Made by a program: the position numbers and the translations under genes | Shown: positions 14,151 to 28,188 of the stretch, in pieces | Layout: every line of letters begins with the position of its first letter | Numbering within the stretch: position 1 is the first letter of the stretch | The notes under the pieces: model-generated | What the model saw: the letters and a program-made list of their open reading frames with translations, nothing else | Told to the model about the DNA's origin: nothing | The model's database searches: none | DNA from: the human T2T-CHM13v2.0 reference genome, Homo sapiens | Length of the DNA stretch: 64,000 nt | Direction: 5' to 3' (one strand) | NCBI RefSeq assembly: GCF_009914755.1 | Contig: NC_060931.1

Positions 14151-15159
14151 AAAGGCAACTATTGGCTTACCATCCAGCCTGTCAGCCTCATTACAGAGAT
14201 ATGGTTTAGAGTCTGTATTAGTCTGTTCTCACAATGCTAATAAAGACATACCGGAGACTGGGTAATTTATGAAGAAAAGAGGTTTAATTGACTCACAGTT
14301 CCACATGGCTGATGAGGCCTCACAATCATGGCTGAAGGTGAACAGCAATGTCATGTCTTATATGGTGGCAGGCAAGAGAGAGCTTGGGCAGGAGAACTCT
14401 TCTGTATAAAAACATCAGATCTGGCGAGACTTATTCACTATCATGAGAACGGCATAAGAAAGACCCACCCCATGATTCAATAACCATCCACCAGGTTCCT
14501 CCCACGACAAGTGGGAATTGTGGGAGTTAAAATTCAAGATGAGATTTCTGTAGGTGAGAGGTGACAGCGTGCTGGCAGCCCTCACAGCCCTCGCTGGCTC
14601 TCAGCGCCTCCTTGGCCTTGGTGCCCACCTTGGTGGCACTTAAGGAGCCCTTCAGCCCACCGCTGCACTGTGGGGGCCCCTTTCTGGGCTGGCCAAGGCT
14701 GGAGCCAGCTCCCTCAGCTTGCGGGAGGTGTAGAGGAAGAGGTGCAGGCGGGAACCAGGGCTGCACGCTGTGCTTGCCGGCCAGCCTGAGTTCTGGGTGG
14801 GCATGGGCTCGGCGGGCCCCGCACTCGGAGTGGCCGGCCCTGCCGGCCTCCGGCAGTGAGGGGCTTAGCACCTGGGCCAACAGCTGCTGTGCTCAATTTC
14901 TCACTGGGCCTTAGCTGCCTTCCCGAGGGGCAGGGCTCGGGACTGCAGCCCGCCATGCCTGAGCCTCCCTCCACCACACTCCATGGGCTCCTGTGTGGCC
15001 CAAGCCTCCTGAACGAGTGCTGCCCTCCGCTCCACTCTGCCTAAGGGCTGAGGAGTGTGGGCCCATGATGTGGGACTGGCAGGCAGCTCCACCTGCAGCT
15101 CCAGTGCAGGATCCACTGGGTGAATCCAACTGGGCTTCTGAGTTTGGTGGGGACTTGGA

Positions 15160-15500
15160 GAACCTTTATGTCTAGCTAGGGGATTGTAAATACACCAATG
15201 GGCACTCTGTGTCTAGCTCAAGGTTTGTAAACACACCAATCAGCACCCTGTGTCTGGCTCAGGGTTTGTGAATGCACCAATCGACACTATATCTAGCTAC
15301 TCTGGTGGGGACTTGAAGAACCTTTGTGTCCACACTCTGTATGTAGCTAATCTAGTGGGGACGTGGGGAACCTTTGTGTCTAGCTCAGGGATTGTAAACG
15401 CACCAATCAGCACCCTGTCAAAACAGACCACTCAGCTCTCTGTAAAATGGACCAATCATCAGGATGTGGGTGGGGCCAGATAAGAGAATAAAAGCAGGCT
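15160..15500 (+). promoter_or_regulatory. LTR12C CCAAT-repeat (NF-Y) enhancer/promoter with TATA-like agaataaaag
   Basis: CCAAT at ~15195, 15236, 15277, 15403 and 15452; TATA-like element at ~15484-15493. Activity at this locus is not shown by the sequence. Confidence 0.55.
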
Positions 15501-15811
15501 GCCCAAGCCAGCAGAGGCAACCCACTCCGGTCCCTTTCCACACTGTGGAAGCTTTGTTCTTTTGCTCTTTGCAATAAATCTTGCTGCTGCTCACTCTTTG
15601 GGTCCACGCTGCCTTTATGAGCTGCAACACTCACCACGAAGGTCTGCAGCTTCACTCCTGAGCCAACAAGACCGCAAACCCACCAGAAGGAAGAAACTCT
15701 GAACACCTCCGAACATCAGAAGGAACGAAGTCCGGACATGCCACCTTTAAGAACTGCAGCACTCACCGCGAGGTTCCGCAGCTTCATTCTTGAAGTCAGA
15801 AAGACCAACAA

Positions 15812-16115
<304 letters not shown>

Positions 16116-18989
16116 AGAAAGACCAACAACCCACCAATTCCGGACACGTAGGGACACAGCCAAACCATATCAGAGTCCATCCCTAATGATACATGAATTT
16201 GTTTCTGATTCTTAGGATTTGTTCAGAATATTCTTATGCAAGCTCCTCATTCTAACTTTTCCAATAAAATAAGCTGTTTTTTCATGCAAGATCACTTAAG
16301 TTATGGACTCTTAACAAAACATGATCAGCAAAGGTTACTTGTGAATCTGTATTTCTGTAGCCAATGAAGGTCAATTTGTGGCCTGGGTCCTCAAACTGAG
16401 CAGGTACGAGGTATATGAACTGGAGAGGCCCCAGACTGCATTTCTACATGTTTTACTTTATTCAGAATTAATAGAAAACTAGAGAAACCATTCTTACAGC
16501 ACTAAGAATATCTCATAAGGCTTAAAAAAGTCCCCAGTGGGTTAACAAAAAATGGAAAAAAAATCATTGAGAAAAAGGAATTAAGTTACCTTAGTATTCA
16601 GGCCAAACATGATCCAATGTGCATCTCAAATTTATGGAAAGCAGGTGCCAAAAAGTAAGACAAAACCAAGAAAAAAGCCCTGTGACTGAAAATAAGTTTT
16701 ATCACAAAAGAAAGAGATCGTGAAATACAAAAGTATTTTTTAAATGTTAGAAGTATGCTTTTGATGGTACAAAAGATAATAAATGAAAGAGAAGTTGGAG
16801 GACCCCCAAGAAAATAAAGTTGTTACATTAGAAGCACTCAAATAGAATCAAAGAGTACCCTCAGGTAATATCTGTAAAAGATTTATCTATCAGTGAAGTT
16901 TTTAAAGAAGTATAGTCCAGGTAGAATAAAAGAATATTAAATAAACCTTAAGAATACTTGAAAAGTGTAAATTGGCAGACATTATAAAATTTCTGGGAAC
17001 AACAAAATGAGTTCTTAACTTTAGCAAAAGCAGAACAAATGACCACTTTTTAGGCGTGAATATTCAATGATAATAACAACATTTACCACTCACTGAATGC
17101 TTATTTGGCTGTACTAACCAGTTTATAGAATAATAGTAATAATAACAATACTGACAGTGGCACATACAGAGATGAATGAAATTGTGATTTGACCATATAT
17201 AAGACTAAAGAGTAGATCACTAATAAATGTTGTGAGTCCCTTAGCATAGAACCAACAATCATTAGGATGTAATTTGAGTTCAATTAGTCACCATCACACT
17301 AACTCATTTCTCTTTGAACAGAAGACTAGAATAGGAAAAGGAAAATGTACAGGAAAACCTAATCTGCCTAGACATCAGCAAATATTACAGAGAATGTTCA
17401 TGTGTGATGTCTACATGACAAGGCCATTTAAGGTCAGAAACAGTGATGCATTGATCACTGGACTTTTTCTTTTATTATAGTCTGCAGGGTGATTATTTAA
17501 GGCTGCAGTGCACAATACTGAAAACGCTAATGAAGGGAAATTATATATGTAGTTTGTAAACTTTGAAAATTAAGCACAACTTTCCATAAATTTGAGCATC
17601 CATCTGCAATGTGTATGTGTGTGTGTGTGTATTTGTGGTTGTGTTTTCTTACAATAAAATGTTGCAATGATTATAAAATGACCACATGTACATTCAAAGG
17701 AGCACATTTTAAAAATCACCAGAAGTAGATAGTTCAATATTTTTTTTCTCTTGGCAAAGGGTATCCTCAGATACCCTCTGGGGTGAGTGTATAACCAGCC
17801 ACACATTTTGGAAATGACTTTGGGTTGTGACTATGAAGGTGCCTTCCAAATCTGAGACTTCAAATAATTGTTGTAAAAAATACAGATATGTTTATTTATA
17901 ACTACTTTCTTTTTCTTGAATTTTAATATTCCTAAGGACTAAAACAGTATTTTGAAATCCTTTGAAAATCTCAGAACCTCAATCAGGTAATGCACTCTGT
18001 GGTAGCTTCATACATATTTATTGACCAACTGACTGATTGAATGAGGAAAGAGATAAAATATCAGAGAATACTTACACACTCAATCTGCTAGCAGTGTTTG
18101 CTCTTAACTCAAAATTATTTGGAAAACACATGGAAAGATGCCTGTCTCTGTGGCAGTCTGTTGACTAGAAATTTAGTTCCTGCATCTCCATATGCTACCA
18201 GTACTTCCTCCAAATAGCATTTCTGAAGTTGGCTAATTTATGGCTGCATGGTGCATTTGCCCCTCCTCATCAGGTGCCATAATCTATTTTCCTTATCTTT
18301 CACTTGGTCTGTTGTCCCCTATCGACAAGACCTTCTTTGCCCCACCAAGGGAGAATTTCACATTCTCTTCTTACTCTGAAGTACAATTCTTATAGATGAC
18401 AGATTTCTTTTTTTATTTGAGCCTAAGGTTTTCTTTTTTCATAACATACATTAAACATGCACCATAAAAAATTTTAATTAACTTGGCAGTAAGGAGCAAG
18501 AAGAAAAATTTAGTGATAACCTCATGAGTCCAGTTTTTTTTTTTTTTATTTCAAAACTTTGAACCCTTAACTTTCGGTGATCCCAGACACTTACTGGACT
18601 TAGGTGGAGATTCCCTCTTGACCAATGAATAAGATTAATTGTTTTGATCAATCTTATACAGACCTGTGGACTAACTCTGACCTATAAGAGTGCTAGCTTT
18701 TAATACATAACATAATCTCATGAAATCTCTGCTTTGTAGCATTAAAAACACTGAGTTCCCTGTGTAGTTAATTACTCAGTGGATTTCTTTACTGCTGTAT
18801 TTTCCCTTGAGTGGCAAGTCAGTGAACTCATAGATGTTTTATATGTGTGTATGTGTCTACATATATGTGTGTTTGTACAAATGCATGTATAAATATATGG
18901 GTATGATCACTGTATATTAGCTCTGGTCATCTTTGCTCTACTTACCTGGTATTAAACATGAGGTTAAGATATAAGAATAAGCCACGCCC

Positions 18990-20390
18990 AGTTTGCCATC
19001 CCTCAAATTTTGAAGTGCTTCCATATCCTCATGAACACTTGGTATCATCAGTCTTTTTCAATTTTGGCCATTCCAACAGTTGTGTAGTAATTTCTCACTC
19101 TGTTCTTTATTTGCATTTCCTAATGACTGATGATGTTGAGTATCTTTCACGTGCTTAATTGTCCTTGAATCAACTTTGCTAAAATATCTTCAAACATTTT
19201 TCTAATCTGTAATTGAATTTTGAGAGTTAATTATTTATTCTAGATACAAGTTCTTTATTAGATATGTGATTGGAAAATATTGTCTTGCTGTCTGTGATTT
19301 ATCTTTACATTTTCTTAACTGTCTTTCAAAAAGAAATTATAATTTTGATAAAATCGTTCATAAATTTATTTTTAATGGATTGTGATTTTGGTGTTATATC
19401 TAAGAAATGTTTGCCTAACCAAAGGTCACAAAGTGTTTCCTCTGTGTATTATTTTAGAACTGCTGTAGTTTTAGGTTTTACATTTAAGCCTATAATCCAT
19501 TTTGAGTTAAATTTTTTTTTATTATACCTTAAGTTCTAGGGTACATGTGCACAACGTGCAGGTTTGTTACATATGTATACATGTGCCATGTTGGTGTGTG
19601 CTGCACCCACTAGCTCATCATTTACATAAGGTATATCTCTGAATGCTATCCCCCCCCTCCCCCCACCCCACAACAGGCCCTGGTGTGTGATGTCCCCCTT
19701 CCTGTGTCCAAGTCTTCTCATTGTTCAATTCCTACCTATGAGTGAGAACATGCGATGTTTGTTTTTTTTGTCCTTGCGATAGTTTGCTGAGGATGATGGT
19801 TTCCAGCTTCATCCATGTCCCTACAAAGGACATGAACTCTTATTTTGAAAGACAGTGTGGCGATTCCTCAAGGATCTAGAACTAGAAATACCATTTGACC
19901 CAGCCATCCCATTACTGGGTATATATCCAAAGGATTATAAATCATCCTGCTATACAGACACATGCACACGTATGTTTATTGCGGCACTATTCACAATAAC
20001 AAAGACTTGGAACCAACCCAAATGTCCAACAATGATAGACTGGATTAAGAAAATGTGGGACATATACACCATGGAGTTAAATTTTTAATTTGTCAAGAAG
20101 TATGGATCCAATTTATTCTCCTCTTCCTTCCTTTTTTTCTTCTTCTCCTCTTCTATCTTCATCTTTATCTTTTTCTTTTCTTCTCATGAAAATCTAATTG
20201 TTCTAGCAACACTTGTGGTAAAGTCCATTCTTTTCCCACTAAAATGGCTTTGAACCTTTGTCAAAATTCAATTGCCTGTATATGCAGGGGTCTAATTCTG
20301 AACCCTCTGTTCTGTTGCACTGATCTATTTATCTGTCTTTAAACAAATTTCACACTGTCTTGTTTGCTATAAGTTTATACTAAGTCTTGA
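18990..20390 (-). mobile_element. Old L1M ORF2 3' antisense fragment hosting a younger L1PA insertion
   Basis: ttgcatttccctaatgactgatgatgttgag; the host continues after 20074 past the TSD. Confidence 0.7.
19517..20073 (-). mobile_element. 5'-truncated L1PA with a 5' inversion (twin priming)
   Basis: Poly-T and antisense 3' UTR 19517-19840, then a sense ORF2 C-terminal piece (WRFLKDLELEIPFDPAIPLLGIYPK) 19845-20073; TSD gagttaaattttt at 19504 and 20074. Confidence 0.85.
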
Positions 20391-21380
20391 CTAAATATAT
20401 AAATAAAAGTTTTCAAGACACAAGATACTGGGAAGCAAAGAACTAGGATCCCTGAGAGACAAGAAACAAACAAGGTGAGTCCTAAAGCTGCCCCACCCTA
20501 CTGCTTTTCAGGCTATAGTGCAAGGAGAGGGAGCCCAAGAAGAGCCTGTAGATCGTTAGAGTTGAAAAGACAAAGGAGAGAGTTCAGGGAAAATAAGGTG
20601 ACTACAGTTCATAGAGCTGAGTACCGGAAAGACCAGCAAAAAAAAGAGAACTCTGGAGATGTGTCTTGAAGTCTCCCTCAGTGTTCAGTTGAGGACTGAT
20701 CAGTGTATGCAAAGGAGGAAATCACACAGATAGTTGAAGAATGATGAGAAAAGGTTAGAGGTCACTGTACCTGATACTCTTACAGGAGAGGCAATACTGC
20801 CCATATCAGGATACTGCCTGCAATTTAATCAACTCATGATTTAAAGGCCATTAGTTAGAACATTCAGAAAGAGTCATGACTCCATATGGGGAAATAAAGA
20901 GTCTGATAAGGAAAAAAGAGAACATGCAAAGTACTAATATCAGGAATTAAATAAGTAAAATCACTACAGATTCTATAATATTAAAGGAATTACAAGAATG
21001 TTATGAACAACTTTTTGCTAATAAGACAAAACTTGTAAAATAAAGCTAAGGCACTTAAAATTTATAGCATTCATATGTATTTTGCACCTTAGATAATACT
21101 AGGAATGAAGAAGATGAAAGTCCAAATCGAAAAATTAAAAAGAAAAACATAAAACAAACAATATTGAATGAAGAAAAAAATGAAGAGATTTTACCAAACT
21201 AATTCATTAGAGAGATACAGAGAAACACAGATCTAGAGATTGAAATCCAATAAAAACAAAGGGCCTGTTCAAAAAGGCATAAAATAAGCCATTTTCTACC
21301 ACGATCATGATTGGAAAGAAGGGAAAAGCACAAATAAATCATGGTAAATTTAAAAGAGCTATAACCTCAGCTAAGTTAAA
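20390..21380 (+). mobile_element. Old L1M 5'/ORF2 fragments
   Basis: L1M-like 5' region; aatcactacagattctata...aagaatgttatgaacaact. Confidence 0.55.
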
Positions 21381-21384
21381 TATT

Positions 21385-21839
21385 ATGTTTTTTGCAGCAC
21401 TATTCACAATAGCAAAGACTTGGAACCAACCCAAATGTCCAACAATAATAGACTGGATTAAGAAAATGTGGCACATATATGCCATGGAATACTATGCGGC
21501 CATAAAAAAGGATGAGTTCATGTCCTTTGTAGGGACATGGATGAAGCTGGAAACCATCATTCTCAGCAAACTATCTCAAGGACAAAAAACCAAAGACCAC
21601 ATGTTCTCATTCATAGGTGGGAATTGAACAATGAGAACACATGGACATAGAAAGGGGAACATCACACACCGGGGCCTGCTGTGGGGTGGGGGGAGGGGGG
21701 AGGGATAGCATTAGGAGATATACCTAATGTTAAATGACGAGTTAATGGGTGCAGCACACCAACATGGCACGTGTATACATATGTAACTAACCTGCACATT
21801 TTGCACATGTACCCTAAAACTTAAAGTATAAAAAAAAAA
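21385..21839 (+). mobile_element. 5'-truncated L1PA 3' end
   Basis: AALFTIAKTWNQPKCP...FIGGN*, then the 3' UTR G-tract, aaaacttaaagtata and poly-A. Confidence 0.92.
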
Positions 21840-22269
21840 CTCTCAAGGTATTTTTTACAAAAAATCTTATAACATTCAATGTGTTTTAAGTTGAAATAGA
21901 TGAATTCCTAAAATATAAAATGTATCAAACCTAACTCTAAAGAGGAAAACAAAAAATAGAAAACATGAATATATTCAAAGTTATTAGAGTAAGTAAATCA
22001 GGTAGATAAAAGCTTGCCCACTCAAAACATTAGATCTGTGCAGTTTTACATGTACTTTTTACTGAAACCTCAAGAAAAAGTAATATCTATTGTTTATAAA
22101 ACTGTTCTAGGGGAGGAGGAGGAAGATATTAAACATCTGCTTAATATCTAGGCAATTTTGTGAGAATAGCATCATTGATAGCATAATTTTACAATAAAGA
22201 CAAACACAATTATGAAGAAATTTTTTTTTCCGTCGAGAAATTAGCCAAAGACTTTAAAAAAAAAAAACA

Positions 22270-22450
22270 AAGTTAGAAGGAAAGAAGAAAAAGAAGAGAG
22301 AGAGAGAGGGAGGAAAAGGAAGAAAGGACGAATCAGTAAGGAAGGCAGGAAGGAAGGCCTGGAAGGAAGGAAGGAAGGAAGAAAGGAACAAAGGAGGGAG
22401 GGAGGGAGGGAGGGAGGAAGGGAGGGGAGAGTGAAGAATAAGAAAGAAAA
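22270..22450. repeat. Purine-rich (GA/GGAA/GGGA)n low-complexity tract
   Basis: Direct observation. Confidence 0.9.
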
Positions 22451-23869
22451 TAAATAACTGTCATAACCCAGTAAGCTTCATTCCAGTAAAGCAAAGGTAT
22501 CTTCACATTAGAAAGCTTTTGAATGGCTGTTCCTAACCATATGACAAGCCAGGTATCCTGAATACACTCCAGCATAAAGCATTAGAAATAGTGAATAAAA
22601 TAAATTTCAAAATTTTCTGGGCAAGTAGGAGCATAAGGAACGTTCTTAAATGTCAAAGGCAATGATCCTGCACAGGTCCTGAAAGTATGTGAGCACTGAA
22701 GCCAGCCAGTATCTGCTAAGCTGAACATAGATGACCGGGAGCCTCCAAGAACTAAACTTGGTTCACAGGAGACGACGTCTGGAAAACTGCGAAACCAGAA
22801 TGAAAATTATGCAAATCTTAGACCTTTAAAAGGCAATAGGCTAAATATGTGAACGTGGAGGAGACCTTTGCTTTATAAAGAGCTATACTGTAGGAATTGC
22901 TTCTCTCAGGCTTCACTCCTGGTGGAGAGGGAAGAAGTTATCCCATAAAAAGCTCTAGAAATATGATTTTTCTTACCTGTGCTTAACATCAAAATTCATA
23001 CTTTATGCTTTGTCCACAACAACGTCAAGCAAAAATGTAGAAAAAAATATTCCCAAGTTGGCATTAAGCCAAGGTATTAGCTATTCAGAAAAATAACTCT
23101 TAAAAAAGAAAACAAGACATCAAAAGATTCCCATAGGTAAAAATCCAAGGAATGTGAAAAAAAGAAATATGACACAGAAGAGGAAACAATTCCCAGTACC
23201 AAAGAGTCAAAAGAACAAACCAGGGTAAAATCATATCAATACAAGCTACAAGTATGTAAATGGTCTGACACTGATTCACTACACATTATACATAGTTTCA
23301 TCACACTTCTTAAACGAGAGAGTATTAAGTGTCAAAAAGGACAAGAAAAACTATTCAGAATTATCAAGCAAATTTGAAAAATAATCAAATAGATGTTCTG
23401 AAATTAAATATTCAATAATAAGGTTTAGTTACACTGCATTAGAAGGACGCATCTCCAAGTCCCTATTTGTTGAGATAGGTACACAGTTTTTATTTTACTG
23501 AGATCCCTGGACTAAGGTGAGCAAGGAGATGTGCTGTTGTAGGCACCATCAGGGAAGATACCTAAAAACCTGAATGTGTGCATGTGTGAAAGACACCTGG
23601 CTGGCTACTACACAGTGTGAGTGCTCAGAACAGTGAGCACAGGCGTCCCTCCCTTCTGAAGCCCAATGATGAGGAAACAGGGGCTCTAATACCTCTAATT
23701 CTATGGCGCTGGCACAGCACGTACAAAAAGAGATTCAGATCTGGGTCTTCTAATGCCAAATCTTGTGTTATTTTTACTAAATTTTAAAACCTCCAAGCAA
23801 TATTATGTAAAATATGCAAACAGCTCTTCTGCAGGATTATTATGTGAATCTTCACTAAAAAATAGGTGC

Positions 23870-24580
23870 AAAAATAAATGTCTGGTGGCCACAGAGGTGC
23901 TTGTGTCACCCCTTCCCCAACTCCTAGCAGCCTAGATGAAGACAGAGAGACTGTCTTTTGGGGGCAAAGTGAGGGAAGAGAACAAGAGACTCCACTTGGT
24001 AATCCAGGGAATTTGCCTGGATCTTATCCAAGCCCATAAAGGTGATACATCTAAGAGTCTACAAGAATTGCAGCATTACTGGTATTGGGGCATTCCCTAA
24101 TGCAGATACTGTTACAGTGACCCAATATTTCAATCACAACACTCAATACCCTTTGAATAACCGGAAATCCTTCTCAGGAAGGATAGGTACAAACAAGCCC
24201 AGACTGCAAAAATTGGAATAAATACCTAACTCTTCAATGCCAAGACATCAACAAACATCCATGAACATCAAGAACATCCAGGAAAATATGACCTCACCAA
24301 ACAAAGGCAGGCACCGCTGACGAATCCCAGAGGGACAGAGATATGTGATCTTTCTGGCAGAGAATTCAAAAGAACTGTTTTGAGGAAGTCCAATGAACTT
24401 CAACATAACACAGAGAAGAAATTCAGAATCCTATCAAGAAATGTAATAGAGATTGAAATAATTTTAAAAAATGAAGCAGAAATTCTGAAGCTGAAAAAAT
24501 TCAATTGACAAAAATCACAGCCTGAATGGCAGAACTGATATAGCAGAAAAATAATTACTGAGCTTGAAGACAGGCTATAT
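23870..24580 (+). mobile_element. L1PB/MA-type 5' UTR and ORF1 start fragment
   Basis: aataaatacctaactcttcaatgcc...caggaaaatatgacctcaccaaac...agagaattcaaaa. Confidence 0.75.
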
Positions 24581-25535
24581 TAGTGAGAACATGTCCTATT
24601 TGCTTTTCTGTTTCTGCATTAATTCACTTATAATAATGGCCTCCAGCTACATCCATGTAGTTACAAAGAACATGATTTAATTCTTCCTTATGGCTGCATA
24701 GTATTCCATGATGTATATGTATCACATTTCCTTTATCCTATCCACCACTGATGGGCACCTAGATTGATTCCATATCTTGGTTATGGTAAATAATGCTGCA
24801 ATAAATATATAAGTGCAGGTGTGTTTTTGGTAGAATGATTACTTTTCCTCTGAGTAGATACTCATTTCCTTTGAATAGCAGGACTGCAGGATCAAATGGT
24901 TGTTCTATTTTTAGTTCTTTGAGAAATCTCCATGCTGCTTTCCTTAGGGGCTGCACTAATTTACCCATCAACATTGTATCAGTGTTCCCTTTTCTTCACA
25001 GCCTAGCTAACATGTTACTTTTAGGCTTTTTAAAAATAGCCATTCTAGGCGTGAACTGAGGAGGTGGAGCTTGCAGTGAGCCGAGATCGCGCCACTGCAT
25101 TCCAGCCTGGGCAACAGAGCAAGACTCCGTCTCAAAAAAAAAAAAAAAAAAATAGCCGTTCTAACTGGTATGAGATGGTATCTCACTGTAGGTTTTGATT
25201 TGTATTTCTCTAACAATTAGTGTCTGTTTGCATCCTTTGTCCACTTTTTAATAGGATTTTTTTTTCTTGTTGATTTGTTTAAGTTCTTTATAGATTCTGG
25301 ATATAGTCTGTTGTCAGATATAGCTTGCAAATATTTTCTCCCATTTTATAGGTTGTCTGTTTATTCTGTTGATAGTTTCTTTTGTTGTGCAGAAGTTCTT
25401 TAGCTTAATTAAGTCCAAATTGTCAATTTTTGTTTTTGTTTTATTTGCTTTTGAGGTTTTGGTCAGAAATTCTTTGTCTAGGCCAATGTCTGGAAGAATG
25501 TTTCCTAGGTTTTCTTTTTGGATTTTTATAGTTTT
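24580..25535 (-). mobile_element. L1PB/MA ORF2 C-terminal antisense fragment
   Basis: Minus-strand ORF KLVQPLRKAAWRFLKELKIEQPFDPA. Confidence 0.85.
25048..25147 (+). mobile_element. 5'-truncated AluY 3' end
   Basis: ggcgtgaac...gagcttgcagtgagccgagatcgcgcc...poly-A; TSD aaaaatagccRttcta. Confidence 0.88.
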
Positions 25536-26889
25536 AAATGTATCATTTTCTTAACAACAGGGCAACTTAAAAGCTATTACATTCAATATAAGTTCTAGCA
25601 AAGTATGTTTTAAAATATTTGCCGGATTACTGTTATTATCGGTTTGATGCTAACTCATGCATTATATATTAAGCATCTTATAAAATTCAGTGCCTTTTCC
25701 ATAGATTCAGTTGATATGGAATGGGGGGTAGGGAATTTTAAAAGTAATGAAAAGAATCATGCCAAATTACTATAAGTGCCACTGTTTGTTAAACTTCTTC
25801 AGATATGTTCTAGAATGCCTAGAAATTCTTCTAAGAAAGTCAAGGAGGGATAGGATGCCAACTCTCCTGTTTCATAGCATGCTACATATGTGAGCCAAGT
25901 AAACGTGGCTTTTCTTTTTCCTTTCTTTCTTCCCCTCTCTCTGTCTATCCTTGTCTTTCCATTTAACTGCATTCTTGTTTGTTTTTATTTATTTATATGT
26001 TTTTTAGGGATTTTTGTTCTAACTCCCCAGGAAGGACAGAATTCTTAAATTGAGTTATGACACACAGTTCTGGTCAGAATAAACAGACAATAGGAATCCC
26101 TAGATGACAAGAAGATTATAAAGCCCATAAGGAAAAGGGAGGCAGTTATAAAAATAGAGAATGGGAAGATGCATTTTATGTTCAGTTTTGGACAACTAGG
26201 ATGCCCAGTATAGGATTCAAATTGTCCTTCCTGGGTTTTGGAACTTGCCTTGGGAAAAATTGGAATAAATACCTAACTCTTCAATGCCAAGACGTCAACA
26301 AACATCAAGAGTATACCGGACCTCAATCTACTCTTCTCAAAGAAAAGCACATAAATGTCAATGAAGGCCTTGCCATAAGGCAGGAACTAGAATTCCCAGA
26401 GGGCATTTACCCCACAGATTTTATTCTCTTGTCTCCCTTTGCAAACACCACTTATGTCTCCAGGTTTTCCCATTTTATAATCATTTCTGTATTCATGTTT
26501 TGTTTGGTTTACTTCTTTCCATTTTCTGAACTGTGAAATTAGTACGGAGCTTCTTCCTTGGACCTAGTATGTTCAGCATATTTCTCCCACTTTTCCTTTT
26601 GTTCTCTGAGAAAATTTAATTGACTCATTATACTTTAAGTTCATTCTAGCTTTCTCACTCCAGTGCAGAAATAAGTGCATGCCCTCCAGGTGCCCAGTCC
26701 AGCAAGCGTTATAAAAAGGGAAATAGATGGTTTTTTGGCAGGAAGGGTGTACCCAGTATTATAGGACCATGAAAGAGGGAGCACAGATATTTGCTCCAGG
26801 AAGTCAGAGAGAATTTCTAGGGAGGGCGAAATTTGAGTAAGACTCTGAATAATGAGTGGTGCCAGAACCAGTGGAACCTCAAGGTGAGC

Positions 26890-27330
26890 CAGCAATTCAC
26901 TTACATCCAGCACCTTTATGAGGTAAATGTGAGGTACAGGCATGAGGCAGGTGCTGGAGATGCAGGAGAGAATAAGGCTGGGTCACTCCCTGCACCAAAA
27001 CCTGCAATCTAACAGAGGAGCCACCATGAAAGTCACAGGAAGTAAAAGAGCAATGATGAGTTTACAAAGGCATTCAGTTAATTTAGGTATTAGAAGAAGG
27101 CGTCCCACAAAATGTTATTTAGGTTGAACTGTAAAGGATGAACAAGAGCTGGGTAATTAAGAGGTGGCAGGTGCAGTGTTAGGAGCAGAGGGAAGGACAG
27201 GAGAAGGTCTGAATGTGACATGAAGCAGGGAAATTATGAAAAAATGAAAGGGATTTTAGTATTTCTGGGATGCCCTGAACAAAGAATATAGCACCACCTA
27301 GGACAAATAAGGAGGTAAAGTCAACATCAC
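26890..27330 (-). mobile_element. L2 fragment
   Basis: Degenerate antisense L2 3' end (aggcaggtgctggagatgcagg...gtcactccctgc...aaaggatgaacaagag). Confidence 0.5.
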
Positions 27331-27449
27331 TGGCAAATTATTAATGCCAATTGACTTTTGGGGGTTGGAAAATCTCTAAGTGTGCTGATGAGAATTCTCA
27401 TTTCATTATTTGTAGGCTAGAACTAGATATTATAAGATATTATACCATT

Positions 27450-27680
27450 ATTATTTAAGATAACTTTAATAGAGAAGTAATATGTAGCAGGAACTCCTAT
27501 ATGCAACTTTTCATGTATTGCACATTGATCCTGCACAACAAACATTTGTAATTAGATATCATCCTTCCACCATAAATGAAAGTAAGCTTCACAGCTGTAA
27601 ACTCACCTGAGTTGAGTCTGTGAGTGGCAGTACTGGGACTTGTTCTTGTCTGCCTGGACTCCAAAATGCTTCCATTAGCC
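27450..27680 (-). mobile_element. MIR
   Basis: gtgagtggcagtactgggact...tctgcctggactccaaa. Confidence 0.55.
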
Positions 27681-27766
27681 TCAGTATTTAATTGCCTCTC
27701 TAGGACTACTGATAACCCCAGGGTAGCAGAGCTAAAGCAGTAGTCTCTGTTAGTATGACCTGTGTC

Positions 27767-27943
27767 CTATCCTCTGGAGTAACTTGGTTTAGTCAATCCT
27801 AGGATGCCTTTAAACTGCGACTTGTTTCTATGGAAAGCTTTCTTATTTCTGAAATCTTCCATAGGGACTGCAGTAAGTCATCTCTATCCTGAATAATCTC
27901 CATCAACATTATTTTTGAAAGTCACCTTCTTTGTCCAATGTAA
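27767..27943 (-). pseudogene. Candidate terminal coding exon
   Basis: Acceptor cttcctctctttaag; LHWTKKVTFK then a frameshift to IMLMEIIQDRDDLLQSLWKISEIRKAFHRNKSQFKGILGLTKPSYSRG*; phase 0 matches the previous exon. Confidence 0.45.
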
Positions 27944-28094
27944 CTTAAAGAGAGGAAGTTCATTAAATATTATGTAATTCTACTACTATAATGACAGCAG
28001 AAACTGGAGACTATCATAATGCACTCTATACTGTGGATCTCTTGCCATAGATGGCTGGTGTGTGTCGATGAAGCACACTGCATTCTCAACATAC

Positions 28095-28188
28095 CTCAAG
28101 GTTTTCATCAAATCCTGTTAAAGGACCCCTGTAAGTGGTGCTATATTTGGATATCAGGACTAGAACAAATCAGCACAGATTTTGGTCT
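28095..28188 (-). pseudogene. Candidate exon (94 nt)
   Basis: Branch-point-like ttctaac, acceptor ttttttccctttgctccag, donor GAG|gtatgt; DQNLC*FVLVLISKYSTTYRGPLTGFDENLE; phase 2 in, phase 0 out. Confidence 0.6.

Noticed and set aside
14527-15706. Cluster of overlapping ORFs on both strands
   Set aside because: All lie within the GC-rich LTR12C and reflect low stop-codon density.
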